This document shows positions 9,093 through 18,918 of a stretch of 64,000 nucleotides of DNA, piece by piece. Under the pieces are notes generated by a model, which saw only the letters and a program-made list of their open reading frames with translations, did not search any database and was not told the origin of the DNA. Position 1 is the stretch's first letter. Every line of letters begins with the position of its first letter. The position numbers and the translations under genes were made by a program. Origin of the DNA: an uncultured delta proteobacterium (lineage in GTDB: Bacteria; Myxococcota_A; Polyangia; Fen-1088); the NCBI GenBank assembly GCA_963796685.1, contig CAWCMR010000025.1:1184001-1248000 (forward strand), written 5' to 3'.

Positions 9093-10453
9093 CGGTCACC
9101 TCCTTGTGGCGAAGGGTTTCGTCCGACAGCTCGGTCGAGCAGCACGGAAGGCGGATCGAAGGGCACCGGTCGCGAGGCTTTTGTCGCATGTCCCCCGCCA
9201 CGATTTGGACGTTTTCGCTGGGCGTTCTTGCCAGGGTCGACGGGATGCAGAGGCAACGCCTTTCCCTCGTGCTCGACCCACGGAGCTTCGCTCATGTCGA
9301 CGAGGCAACGGGCCACCATGACCAGGCGCCCTGCGAGAAAGCCCTGATCGAGCTCCCAGTCCGTACCCTCCAGTGGCAGCGTGGTGTCTCGGCGGACGCG
9401 GCGGCGCACGCGCACGGTGAGCGCCTCGCGCAGCTTGCGCTCGTCGAAGCGATCGGTGGGACGCTCGGCTGCCTCGTACACGCGCGCGGGCGAGCGGCCA
9501 AGCAGCGAAGCGTGCGGCGCCTTGTGGTAGTGCTCGTCGAGGAAGGCCCACAGCCGCACGTTGATGTCGTGTAGCGACGATACCTGGCCGAGAAAGTCGA
9601 TACACCCCTGGCGCAGGGTGCGCCAGAAGCGCTCCATCTTTCCACGCGCCTGCGGGTCGTAGGGACGCGCGTGCAACAGGGAGACGCCCATGCGCGCGCA
9701 AGCCGTGGACAAGATGTCGCCGCGATAGGTACTGCCATTGTCGAGGTACAAGGCATCCGGTGGCCCATGTCTGCGCAGGGCACGCACAAACATCCCCAGC
9801 ATGTCCACCTCGCGCTCGGTGTGGTGCGCTTCCAGCGCGATGATGAAGCGGGAGGCATCGTCGAGCAGTCCGTGAATTCGCACCGGCATGTTTTTACCGC
9901 CGACCGAAATCGCCGGGCCATAACAGACATCGCCGTGCCAGAGCGCCCCAGGCCGCTCTGCTTCCCAGCGCAGCCTGGTCTTCGGCCCCTTGCCATCGCG
10001 CATGGGAATGCGGTCCAGCCCCTCGTCGGCGAAAAGTCGCCGCACCGTCGAGGCCGACACCGCGTCCTTGCTCAATCGCCCGTCGACGGTCAGGGTGCGA
10101 AGGATCAAAGGCACCGAAGCCGAGGGATGCTCACGCCGGATGTCGCACAGAAGCGTGCGCTGCTCCGCTGTCAGCTCCTGCGCGCGTCCACTGTCGCTGC
10201 GGGGCTCGGGGCGCAGGGCATCTAGGCTTCCGGCCTTGTAGGCGTAATACCAGCGCTCCAGCGTCGGAACCGAGAATCTGCGCGTGCTGTCCGCTCCCGG
10301 CGGCCGGTAGCGCTCGGCGGCCAGATCTTTCAGCGTCGCCGCCAACTCTCCGTGGTCGAGATCTCGTCGGGTGAGTGCGCCGACGATTTCGCTGCGGAAG
10401 ATGGCTACCTCCTCGGCATGGTCCTTGGGCTTCAGGCTTTGTAGGTCGGTCAT
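9089..10453 (-). CDS. DDE integrase/transposase (rve; IS481/Mu-like)
   Basis: HTH (STLERWYYAY-type), WHGD, LYLDNGS, GKMERFW triad; likely start ATG 10453. Confidence 0.9.
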   Translation of the reverse strand: MTDLQSLKPKDHAEEVAIFRSEIVGALTRRDLDHGELAATLKDLAAERYRPPGADSTRRFSVPTLERWYYAYKAGSLDALRPEPRSDSGRAQELTAEQRTLLCDIRREHPSASVPLILRTLTVDGRLSKDAVSASTVRRLFADEGLDRIPMRDGKGPKTRLRWEAERPGALWHGDVCYGPAISVGGKNMPVRIHGLLDDASRFIIALEAHHTEREVDMLGMFVRALRRHGPPDALYLDNGSTYRGDILSTACARMGVSLLHARPYDPQARGKMERFWRTLRQGCIDFLGQVSSLHDINVRLWAFLDEHYHKAPHASLLGRSPARVYEAAERPTDRFDERKLREALTVRVRRRVRRDTTLPLEGTDWELDQGFLAGRLVMVARCLVDMSEAPWVEHEGKALPLHPVDPGKNAQRKRPNRGGGHATKASRPVPFDPPSVLLDRAVGRNPSPQGGDR

Positions 10454-10581
10454 GGTGTTGTCATGGTGTCCCTTCTGCAACCGCGGTGTGCGATGCACGT
10501 AAAGCCATGCTTCATTCCGGCCGTGCCTGGCAGGGATCTTCGCGGGTGGGCGAAGTCCCAGCGACGGGAAAAGTCTGATGG

Positions 10582-11214
10582 TCATCGCATAGCGAGCGCT
10601 GCTCCTTGGAAAGCCCGCGTTGCCACAGACGCCTCGCCCGAAGGCGGCGGCCCGAGTGAAGCCAGTCCCAGCGCCGCCCGCTCAGCCGCCTGCCGTGCGG
10701 TGAAATCCGAAGGCGCAGCACGTAGTCCGGACAGCAGCGTGCGCGCACGAATGGCCCGAATCCACCGTCGCAACGTGGCCCAGCCGGTGATGGCGGTCTG
10801 GCCGATGATCGTCCGCGGGCTCGTCTGTCGCCGCACTTCCGCAATGGACAATTTCTGCACCCCGAACAAGGCCAACGCCCACCCGACCGCAGACGATGAG
10901 TAAAGCCGCCCAGGAATCGTCTCGCAAGGAACCACGGTGAGCACGGCGCCACACCGGCAAAGAAAGCGACGGACGAGCAGCAAGACCATCTTGGGCACTT
11001 GCCCCGGTCCTGGCGGTCCCAAGAACTGTCTCTCGCGCAGCCCATGCCCGATGATCCCAAGCCTCGCTCCCGGCGGACAGCCAGCTCGTCCACATACAGG
11101 GCAGGTACTCGGTCTCAGCATGTCCACACCCGGCATTGCCACCAACCACAGCTTGACCCCGACCTTGCCGTGCACGATTGTCTGAAGCGCTCCGTTCCTC
11201 TCGTTTCCTTTCAC
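10582..11214 (-). CDS. Cys-rich (zinc-ribbon-like) first gene of E2
   Basis: CPVC...HGLRER...RRFLCRC and WATLRRW; positional equivalent of 11757..12347. Start uncertain. Confidence 0.7.
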   Translation of the reverse strand: MKGNERNGALQTIVHGKVGVKLWLVAMPGVDMLRPSTCPVCGRAGCPPGARLGIIGHGLRERQFLGPPGPGQVPKMVLLLVRRFLCRCGAVLTVVPCETIPGRLYSSSAVGWALALFGVQKLSIAEVRRQTSPRTIIGQTAITGWATLRRWIRAIRARTLLSGLRAAPSDFTARQAAERAALGLASLGPPPSGEASVATRAFQGAALAMR

Positions 11215-11434
11215 GTCGGGTGCGGAGCACGACCAGGCAGGGCGGTGGCTACGCCCTCCTGGTCACCTACATAGCTGCGGCCAGCGACATGCCGATGCTC
11301 CTCCTTTCCCTGCCGCCACTACCCTGATTCCCTGCCCGTGGCCATGGCCATCTCCACGCCGGGAATGATGGCGATTGTCCAAGCCATGCCATCACCGATA
11401 CCGCGCGATCTCCCGCCGCTCAGCAGCACTCACA

Positions 11435-11672
11435 CCGCCTCGGAACAGCCACGGGCCGCGTACAGCCAGCGCTCCAGTGTCGAGAAACCGAATTGCACGG
11501 GCGCGTCCGTGATCGGGTGCCGCCACGGCTTGCTCGCCAATCGTTTCAGCTCTTCGCAAAGCTCGCCCCGCGAAGGCGGCGCCGCCAAGAGCGGCCCGAT
11601 GATGGAAAAGCGCAGGTATGCCCAGCGCGCGTGTCGGCTTCCTTCGTCCTTGCCATTGGCCATCGTCTCCAA
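11435..11672 (-). pseudogene. N-terminal fragment of a DDE transposase of E3
   Basis: RWAYLRFSIIGPLL...RGEL...FGFSTLERWLY, homologous to the N-terminus of 9089..10453; cut at the E2 end. Confidence 0.8.
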
Positions 11673-11756
11673 CTCCTCTTTCCCGGATTTACCGGGGTGA
11701 TGGGCATGGATACCGCGCCAGGTCGCGATGGTTTGGACATCTTCTGCGGGCCGGCT

Positions 11757-12347
11757 TCACCCCTCGAAAAGCCAGTTTGCCGTCGCCGTCTTGGTCGTGA
11801 CCGGCGCGAGAAAGCGCAGGGCCGCGACCAGTTGCTTCTCCTCGTCGCCAGCAAAGCGGGCCCAAAGCGAGCCAGGCAGCGTCGACGCCACCGGCGCAGG
11901 CGGCGCCAGCAGTCCCTGCGCCGCCTTCCAGAACCGGCTCCCGGCGAAGTCCCCCCGCCACCACGCCTCCCACCGTTTCAGCGTCCGCAGGCTCACCCCG
12001 ACCTGCTCGCGCAACCGCCTCCATTGCAACACCGAGAGCGCGCCTCGCAGCCCGCTGGTCACCACGAACACCGGCGCAAGAAAGACCCGGCGTCCGAAGA
12101 ACCGCACCGACGGCGGCGTCACCCTCCGCCGGCAGCCCTCCCGCGCGCAACAGAAGCTATGCCGCGACCTGAACGCCGCGCCGATCTCACCGGGACCTCC
12201 GCGCGGCTTGCGCGGGTAGCGCGCGCTGTGCAGGCGCCCCCCGCAGCGGCACCCCGCCGCACGGGCATCGGCAGCCAGCTGATCATCGATTTGCTGGAGT
12301 CGGATGTAGAAACGAACCTCTTGCAACAGGGCCACAATCCGTGGCAC
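11757..12347 (-). CDS. Cys-rich first gene of E3
   Basis: GCRCGGRLH...RKPRGG...SFCCAREGCRRRVTPPSVRFFGRRV; paralog of 3..632. Confidence 0.75.
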   Translation of the reverse strand: MPRIVALLQEVRFYIRLQQIDDQLAADARAAGCRCGGRLHSARYPRKPRGGPGEIGAAFRSRHSFCCAREGCRRRVTPPSVRFFGRRVFLAPVFVVTSGLRGALSVLQWRRLREQVGVSLRTLKRWEAWWRGDFAGSRFWKAAQGLLAPPAPVASTLPGSLWARFAGDEEKQLVAALRFLAPVTTKTATANWLFEG

Positions 12348-12490
12348 ACGGGTCTCCTCTCGTCTTCTTGGTCGAAAACGAGAGGAGAGACCCTCTCGGG
12401 GCGGCTTTCAAGCTCTCCGAGGGGGTCTTGCTTTTTCCCTCACGTACCGTGACCGCGGAACCCGGACTAACCCCCTACGCTACGTGCTTA

Positions 12491-13826
12491 GGAACCGCTC
12501 GAAGATAACGCTTGAAGGTGGGTGAGCAAGTTTTTCGCTTCTTCCTTCGATTTCTGCTCTTTGATGGAGGATGGCGAGAAGCGATGACGTCGCACGTCTC
12601 CGGACGAAATACGAAATGTTGCGTGGCGTACTGAACGAGCGCACACGAAGGCTCTGGGCTGCCACAGAAGCAGACGCAATCGGCTTCGGCGGCATCAGCC
12701 GGGTGGTCGAGGCCACGGGATTGAGCTGGCCCACGGTCGTGAAGGGACTTGGCGAGTTGACCGAGCAGCGCGACAGTGGCACGGTTCTGCCGCCCGATCG
12801 GATTCGTCGCCCCGGCGGTGGCGATAGGCAGCTCAAGGACAAAGACCCAACGCTGCTTCCGGATCTCGACGCACTGGTGGAGCCAGCCACGAGGGGTGAC
12901 CCGGAATCGCCGCTTCGATGGACGTGCAAGAGCACGAGGAAGCTCGCCGAGGAATTGGCGAAGCGGGGACACAAGATCAGTCCGCAGACTGTGGCCGAAT
13001 TGCTCAAGGAGCAGGGGTACAGTCTCCAGGCCAACCGCAAGACGAGGGAGGGCAAGTCGCAGCATCCCGACCGCAATGCACAGTTCGAGCACATCAACAG
13101 CCAAGCCAAGCTTTTCGAGAAACGTGGACAGCCCGTGATCTCCGTCGACACCAAGAAGAAGGAGTTGGTCGGCGACTACAAGATGGCCGGCCGGGAGTGG
13201 TGGCCGGAAGGCCAGCCCGAGATAGTGCAGATGCACGACTTTCCGGACCCGCGCGTGGGCAAAGCCATCCCCTACGGTGTCTACGATGTAAACAGCAATG
13301 AGGGCTGGGTCAACGTCGGTATCGACCACGACACCCCCGACTTCGCGGTCGCGGCGATCCGGGCCTGGTGGAAACACATGGGGGCGCAGCGCTACCCGTA
13401 CGCAAGCGAATTGATGATCACGGCCGACAGCGGCGGCAGCAATGCCGCTCGTTCTCGGGGCTGGAAAATGGCCTTGCAGAAACTCGCTGACGAAATTGGG
13501 CTCCGCATCACCGTCTCGCACTTTCCGCCCGGCACGAGCAAGTGGAACAAGATCGAGCACCGGATGTTCTGTCATATCTCGAAGAATTGGCGAGGACGTC
13601 CGCTGCTCACGCACGACGTGGTGGTGAACCTTATCGCGAACACGACTACACACACCGGACTGACCATCAAGGCGAAGCTCGACAAGCGCTCGTACCCTAC
13701 AGGCAACGTAGTCACTGACGCCGATTTTGACGCCCTCAACATCAAGCTCGCCGAATTCCACGGCGACTGGAACTACGTCCTGGCGCCAAGTGTCTCAACT
13801 TAGAAAATCTATCTTCGAGCGGTTCC
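12491..13826 (+). mobile_element. ISAzo13-family insertion sequence
   Basis: Perfect 17-bp IR GGAACCGCTCGAAGATA; TTA duplication at 12488-90 and 13827-29. Confidence 0.95.
12571..13803 (+). CDS. ISAzo13-family transposase
   Basis: GDPESPLRWT, ISVDTKKKE, GKAIPYGVYD, PPGTSKWNKIEHR. Confidence 0.95.
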   Translation: MARSDDVARLRTKYEMLRGVLNERTRRLWAATEADAIGFGGISRVVEATGLSWPTVVKGLGELTEQRDSGTVLPPDRIRRPGGGDRQLKDKDPTLLPDLDALVEPATRGDPESPLRWTCKSTRKLAEELAKRGHKISPQTVAELLKEQGYSLQANRKTREGKSQHPDRNAQFEHINSQAKLFEKRGQPVISVDTKKKELVGDYKMAGREWWPEGQPEIVQMHDFPDPRVGKAIPYGVYDVNSNEGWVNVGIDHDTPDFAVAAIRAWWKHMGAQRYPYASELMITADSGGSNAARSRGWKMALQKLADEIGLRITVSHFPPGTSKWNKIEHRMFCHISKNWRGRPLLTHDVVVNLIANTTTHTGLTIKAKLDKRSYPTGNVVTDADFDALNIKLAEFHGDWNYVLAPSVST

Positions 13827-13840
13827 TTAGGCTCATCGGC

Positions 13841-13971
13841 GGCCCTGAGGTCCAGCCCGCAACGTGCAGCCCGGCTCATCGCAGCAGGGCAACGTCGCCA
13901 GCGGGGACGACCATGTCCTGCTCAAGCCGCTTGCGGGATCAGAGCTCTCCGATCATGGAGAGCTGGCGTGG
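13841..13971 (-). pseudogene. Decayed wza 3'-end relic 1
   Basis: Translates RQLSMIGEL*SRKRLEQDMVVPAGDVALLR* versus Wza RQIPVDVEKLRTGKQLEQNIVVLPGDIIIVP*. Confidence 0.6.
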
Positions 13972-13981
13972 TGCAGCCCCG

Positions 13982-14854
13982 TCAAGCTGCTGACCGTGGC
14001 TGCATTGCGGTCACGAGCAGGAGTTCGCCGAAATCGCGCAGAAAGGGTAGCCGCTCGCAAATACGGGAGATGGGAGCTTGCGGTAGCCGGAGCCGCCGAA
14101 CAAACGGAGGTATGATCTGTATCGGCTGAATCCGAACATCAGCGAAGTACCGCGAGAGTTCTTCACGGACCTCATCGCTGGTTTGAAACTCGCGGAAAAG
14201 ATTGGAGCCCGCATAATCTCCAACCTTTGCGATTCCGTCCAATCGAGCCCTGCGGCTGTAGAAGTGCGCGCTGAAGGCGAACCGGCCGTTGCTACGTAGC
14301 GCGTGGGCCGCGGCCGCATACACTGTAAGGCGAGCGCTCGCGTTCGGAAGATTCGATATCAGGGTGCATAGGATGCGGTCCGCGCACTGTGGCGCAAGCG
14401 CGAGTTTCGTCACGTCGGCACGTACAAGAGCCGCGGAGGGCGCCACTCCCCGAGCAACCCTCTCCAGCCCCACCATCGAGAAGTCGACCGCCAAGAGTCG
14501 CGTGGCGGCGTGCTGCAAGTGGCTCGTCATTCGTCCGGCACCGCACCCCAGCTCTAGCACCGTCTGATTCGGCTTCAGTGCCATCGCGTGCAGGTGGGAT
14601 CGAACTTCTGCCTGCTGCATCCCCGTCAAGTGGATCTTCTCTGCGCCCCATTCAAGTTCGCGATGCGCGAGCTCGCTCCGAGCAGTTGAGTCGAGCCCCC
14701 GTAGATCGAGGAGATCGAGCACGCCGTTGACGATCTGCGCCTCCCATCCGCACGCACACACAACACTGCTCGTTGCAGTGGTGACGACAGCCCCGTCACG
14801 TGGACAGCGAAGCAACAACGTCGCCCACGTCGGGAACCCGACTTTCGTACTCAT
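13982..14854 (-). CDS. Class I SAM-dependent methyltransferase with N-terminal Cys pairs
   Basis: LRCPRD...CACG; VLELGCGAG; VDFS. Confidence 0.85.
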   Translation of the reverse strand: MSTKVGFPTWATLLLRCPRDGAVVTTATSSVVCACGWEAQIVNGVLDLLDLRGLDSTARSELAHRELEWGAEKIHLTGMQQAEVRSHLHAMALKPNQTVLELGCGAGRMTSHLQHAATRLLAVDFSMVGLERVARGVAPSAALVRADVTKLALAPQCADRILCTLISNLPNASARLTVYAAAAHALRSNGRFAFSAHFYSRRARLDGIAKVGDYAGSNLFREFQTSDEVREELSRYFADVRIQPIQIIPPFVRRLRLPQAPISRICERLPFLRDFGELLLVTAMQPRSAA

Positions 14855-15039
14855 AGCCCTGCGAATTAGCATGAATTCGCTGAATCGCAAACTGCTTGCC
14901 TAGAAGGGCCCTTCGTCCAGATGAAGCAACGCGTCCTGTTGAATCACTTAGTATAGCAAAGATATTGCGCGTCTGTGTTACGTGTCAATGGGACGGGGAT
15001 CTGGATTCCGGTTCTTGCCTGGCCAACGTGGACAGCGTC

Positions 15040-15501
15040 ATGTGGCGGTTCTCCGTCATTCAAACTGAACGAGACAGGTTACCCATCTTGTTCGCGCTTT
15101 TGAGCGCGACCCTGGTGGGTTGCAGTTCTTCCCCCACCGAGAGCTCCGTTCTGTTCTCGTCGCAAAAGAGTGCGCTAACCGCATCGACGATTGGAGAAAC
15201 GAACGTCCTCTCGATACCTGACTCGGGCAACGCCAATTATCTCCTGGCGCAGAGCGCGACGCTTTCCCAGGCGGCTGAGATCCAATCGATCTCATTCTAC
15301 GTCTCGCGAGCAGCTGGGAGCTTGCGTCTTGGGATCTACGACGCTTCCGGCCCGGGTGAACATCCTGGCTCGAAGAAAGCGGCGACCAACTCCTTCAAGC
15401 CGAGCGTCGGCTGGAACACGGTGAACGTCATCGTCCCGGTGTCGCTCGCGCCTGGCAATTATTGGCTCGCGTATCTTCACAACAACAACCACCTTAACTT
15501 T
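15040..15501 (+). pseudogene. Secreted lipoprotein truncated by the ISKra4-like insertion
   Basis: Lipobox LVGC, beta-rich domain (LRLGIYD...GWN...GNYWLAY); frame runs into the IS end. Confidence 0.65.
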
Positions 15502-17068
15502 GGGTGTTGATCTTACCCTGACGTGAAAACTCGAAGAAACACAAAGGGAGGGAATGTCCGCGAAACGAAAGAGGTTTTAGACATACCATGCACCTGAATG
15601 TTGTTGCCAGGAACGAAGCACACACCCAAGGACAGAAGGCCCCAATGTCGGTCGCCAAACTGCGAGCAATCTTGGAAGATGCGGGGATGCGAAAGAAGGG
15701 GCCCAAGGAGACCTTCGAGACATTCGAGAAGCGTCTCCACCAGCAGCTACAGGAGGTCGAGCGCGATTTGTTGGCCGAAGAGTTGGAGCGTGCCGACGTG
15801 GACGCGGATGCCATCGTGGTCGAGGGGACCGGATACCGGCGAGTCTTGCGCGCGGCTCAAACGTACATGACCGCCGCCGGGCCAGTAACCGTCGAGCGAG
15901 CGCTCTTCAAGGACCGAAGCAACGACCACGAACCCTGCATCGTGCCGCTGGACTTGAAGGTGGGGGTGGTCGATGGCTTCTGGACGCCGATGGCGGCCCA
16001 GCAGGCGACCTGGGTGGTATCGCAAATGACTCCGCAGACCGGCGAGGAGCTTTTCAAGAGGGTGGGCAACATGACGCCCTCGAAAAGCAGCTTGGACCGG
16101 CTGCCGAAGCGATTGGCCGAGCGGTGGAATGACGACCGGAAGGAGTTCGAGAAGGTTTTGCGCGAAGGGATGACCATCCCCGAGGAGGCGGTCACGGTGA
16201 TGGCGAGTCTCGACGGAGTGCTGGCGCCCATGAAGGATGGAGGCGCGGCGGATAAGCGTGCGGAGACCGCCGCACGCGGGCATATCGCGAAGGGCCCCGC
16301 TGGCTATCGCGAGGTTGGATGCGCGACGCTTGGTTTTTGCGACCGAAATGGAAGACTTCTGGCGGCGGTGCGCATGGCAAAAATGCCCGAGCCACACAAG
16401 GCGTCGCTCAAGGAAGCCTTGAAGGCGGAATTGGACATGGCGTTGTCGCTGCGTCCCGACCTGCAACTGATGAAGGCCGCCGACGGGGCAAACGACAATT
16501 GGACGTACTTGCACAAGGAATTGCCCAAGGGGTCGGAGGTGGTGGATTTCTTCCACGCAGCGGAACACCTGAACACGGCCTTGGCCTCTGCCTACGGCGA
16601 TGGCACGGTCGAAACGCAACGGCGATTCAACGACCTACGGCACGTGCTGCTGGAAGAGGAAGGCGGGGTCAAGAAGGTGATTCGGTCACTGATCTACCTT
16701 CGGGAAAAGCACCCGCACAGCAAACACATTCCAACCGAATTGGCGTATTTCCGAAAATACCAGAAGCGCATGCGTTACGCGGAAATGAAGGCACAAGGTC
16801 TGCCCATCGGGACCGGGGTCATGGAAGCCGCATGCAAGACCTTGGTAACGCAGAGAATGAAACAAAGTGGAATGCGCTGGGGCAAGCAAGGTGGCCAAGC
16901 CATCTTGAATCTACGGGGCTGGGCGCAAAGCGAACGATTCGACCAAGCCTGGGCTCTGCTCGCCGCCACCTACCGAGTCGCGATTACCGTCCTCAATGAC
17001 GTCGTTTCAATTCGCTCGGCCCGCCTTTGAAACCCACGGATTTTCACGCCAGCATGAGAGCTACACCG
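15502..17068 (+). mobile_element. ISKra4-like insertion sequence
   Basis: Imperfect ~32-bp IRs (GGGTGTTGATCTTACCCTGACGTGAAAA / CGGTGTAGCTCTCATGCTGGCGTGAAAA); 8-bp TSD TTAACTTT at 15494 and 17069. Confidence 0.88.
15588..17030 (+). CDS. ISKra4/UPF0236-type transposase
   Basis: SLDG, AADGA, DFFHAAEHL, PIGTGVMEAACK...RMKQSGMRW. Confidence 0.88.
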   Translation: MHLNVVARNEAHTQGQKAPMSVAKLRAILEDAGMRKKGPKETFETFEKRLHQQLQEVERDLLAEELERADVDADAIVVEGTGYRRVLRAAQTYMTAAGPVTVERALFKDRSNDHEPCIVPLDLKVGVVDGFWTPMAAQQATWVVSQMTPQTGEELFKRVGNMTPSKSSLDRLPKRLAERWNDDRKEFEKVLREGMTIPEEAVTVMASLDGVLAPMKDGGAADKRAETAARGHIAKGPAGYREVGCATLGFCDRNGRLLAAVRMAKMPEPHKASLKEALKAELDMALSLRPDLQLMKAADGANDNWTYLHKELPKGSEVVDFFHAAEHLNTALASAYGDGTVETQRRFNDLRHVLLEEEGGVKKVIRSLIYLREKHPHSKHIPTELAYFRKYQKRMRYAEMKAQGLPIGTGVMEAACKTLVTQRMKQSGMRWGKQGGQAILNLRGWAQSERFDQAWALLAATYRVAITVLNDVVSIRSARL

Positions 17069-17079
17069 TTAACTTTGTG

Positions 17080-18567
17080 GGCCCCTTAACAGAATCTGTG
17101 GGTAACACAGGCGGGCTCGGGTAGATGGCCCATCTCGTGATACAGGGCAGTTTCCAGCACTTTGTAGGTGCGAAAGCCTCGGGCTTTTCTGAGCGCGAGT
17201 TTGGCGTTGGCGTTCATGCCCTCGACGGCGGCGGCGGAAATCTCCTTTTTGGCCCGAAACCAGTTGAGAATCAGCTCACGATGGCTGCGCAGAGTGCGCG
17301 CCACCTTCTTCATGGGTTCAAGGCGCGAGCGCATGGCACGGGTGCACCAGCGGTCAAGAAACCAGCCCGCCCAGTGGGGGACGTGTAGCACCAGAACAAG
17401 CGCAGGCTCTGCTTGAGCAGGTAGGCGCGGATTGAGCGCAGGTCGTAGCGCAAGACGTCGGTGAGCTTGAGGCACTGCTTGCCGGTGAGGTTCTCAGGGT
17501 TCTTGAGAAGGCACCAGCGGGCATGCTTGAGCACCGGCTCGTAGCCCTGGCGGACAAGCTCGCGGGCTTCCCCGGCGCGCACCTCGTCGACGGCCTTGTT
17601 GACCTTGGCCACGATGTGGAATCGGTCGAGGACGTTGATGGCCTGGCTGGCCAACTCGGCGATCACATCGAGGTACGGCTTCCACATGTCGCTGGCCACG
17701 AAACGCAAAGCCTTTGAACGGACCTTTCCGAACATGGCGAAGAAGCCGCGAAAACTCTGTTCGGTGCGTTCTTTGCCCACCCAGAGTAGTCGGCGCGCGC
17801 CTTCGTCGATCTGGTAGACGACGGTGAGGTACTTGTGTCCGGTCCAGACCGCGATCTCGTCGACGCCAATGGCTTGGACGCCGTCAAGGCAGCGATGGGC
17901 CAGGCCGTAGTCGACCACCCAGCGGATGGCGCGATAGACGACACCCCAGTTGGTGCCGAAAATGGCGGCGACCTCGCTCCACGATAGACGGCGCGCCCAT
18001 CGCGCGAGAAACAGCCGGTAGGCGTTGCAGGATGAGTGCTTGCCCTCGGCCCACGGGACCTTCTCAACGGTGACACCGCAGGTCTCACAATCCACCCGCC
18101 GCATGCAGTACCACAGCAACACGGCAAATCCCCACAGCGGGACGAAGGCGAATCCGCGTGGTGTCTTGGACGTGTCGTAGGTCGGCCCGGGTTGTTCGCA
18201 GCCTGAACAAATCGCCTTCGACCCCTTGCGCGCCATCATGGCTACGTGGATCGTCCCGCCATCGTCCCCGAAATAGGTCGTTCCGTAGACAAAGCCTTTG
18301 AACCGGTGACACCGGTTTAGAATCGTCTTAAGTTGCACCTCGGGTCCTCGGAGTTCATTTGCACCCGAGACGATACTCGTTTCGGGGAACATCGCAGGAC
18401 CCACTTTTCCATGTGCAGCGAGGGCTGCGGCGCTCGCGGAGTCACCCGATCAGCGCCGCCCCAAAAGCGGCGCCGGGCGACGCAGCCGTCGTCTTCGAGC
18501 AGTTGTCGCCTCGCCGCTGCCCGTCCGCCAACCCGGTCAAATCACGCACTGATTCTGTTAGGGAGCC
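17080..18567 (-). mobile_element. ISL3-family IS (no TSD)
   Basis: IRs GGCCCCTTAACAGAATCTGTG / GGCTCCCTAACAGAATCAGTG. Confidence 0.88.
17086..18338 (-). pseudogene. ISL3 transposase with a single frameshift
   Basis: IGVDE, DMWKPY, LDRFHIV in one frame; RSRLEPM...EGMN...THRFC in another; shift in the G run near 17376-17380. Confidence 0.88.
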
Positions 18568-18611
18568 ATCACGTCCCGATATCATGAAGCATGGGCTCTG
18601 TCAGTCCTGAC

Positions 18612-18740
18612 GGCCTGAGATCCCGCGCACAGCCTGCCGCTCGGCTCATGGCAGCAGGGGATTGCTCCAGGAAGGACGACGATGTTCTACTTGAGCCGCT
18701 TGCCGGTTCAGAGGTCTCCAATCTCCATGGGGATCTGACA
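18612..18740 (-). pseudogene. Decayed wza 3'-end relic 2
   Basis: Colinear with wza, including an exact 17-mer CCAGGAAGGACGACGAT; translates QIPMEIGDL*TGKRLK*NIVVLPG. Confidence 0.7.
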
Positions 18741-18918
18741 CGCAGAGACATGATCCAAGTTGAGTAGGACTATGTCCTTGCAAGTCCCCGGGCGTCGGCG
18801 TAACAATCGGCTCGTTCATCAGGAACGGATACTTCTTCATGTATGTGGCTTGGTCGACGATGGCGGTGAAGGCTCACGAGTACGCGAGCGGAGGAGGTGT
18901 GCCCTGAGGTCAAACACC

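Larger units (their letters stand above)
7946..11434 (-). mobile_element. Apparently complete 3.5-kb four-gene DDE + ExeA-ATPase transposon (E2)
   Basis: Ends TGTGTGTTGC (7946) and GCACTCACA (11434, revcomp TGTGAGTGC); both ends truncate neighbouring ORFs; no exact target-site duplication. Confidence 0.7.
6974..13837 (-). mobile_element. Decayed DDE/ExeA-type transposon (E3) carrying nested E2 and ISAzo13
   Basis: Contains a Cys-rich gene (11757..12347), a transposase N-terminus (11435..11672) and a RecA-like AAA C-terminus (7087..7945). TGTCAG...TTTTGAGGGGAC end at 6974; the other end is degenerate and split by ISAzo13. Boundaries are approximate. Confidence 0.45.

Noticed and set aside
12475-13761. 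428-aa minus-strand ORF, and similar long shadows (3886..5160, 22283..23251, 50216..50980)
   Set aside because: Antisense to well-supported genes; common in high-GC DNA; no motifs.
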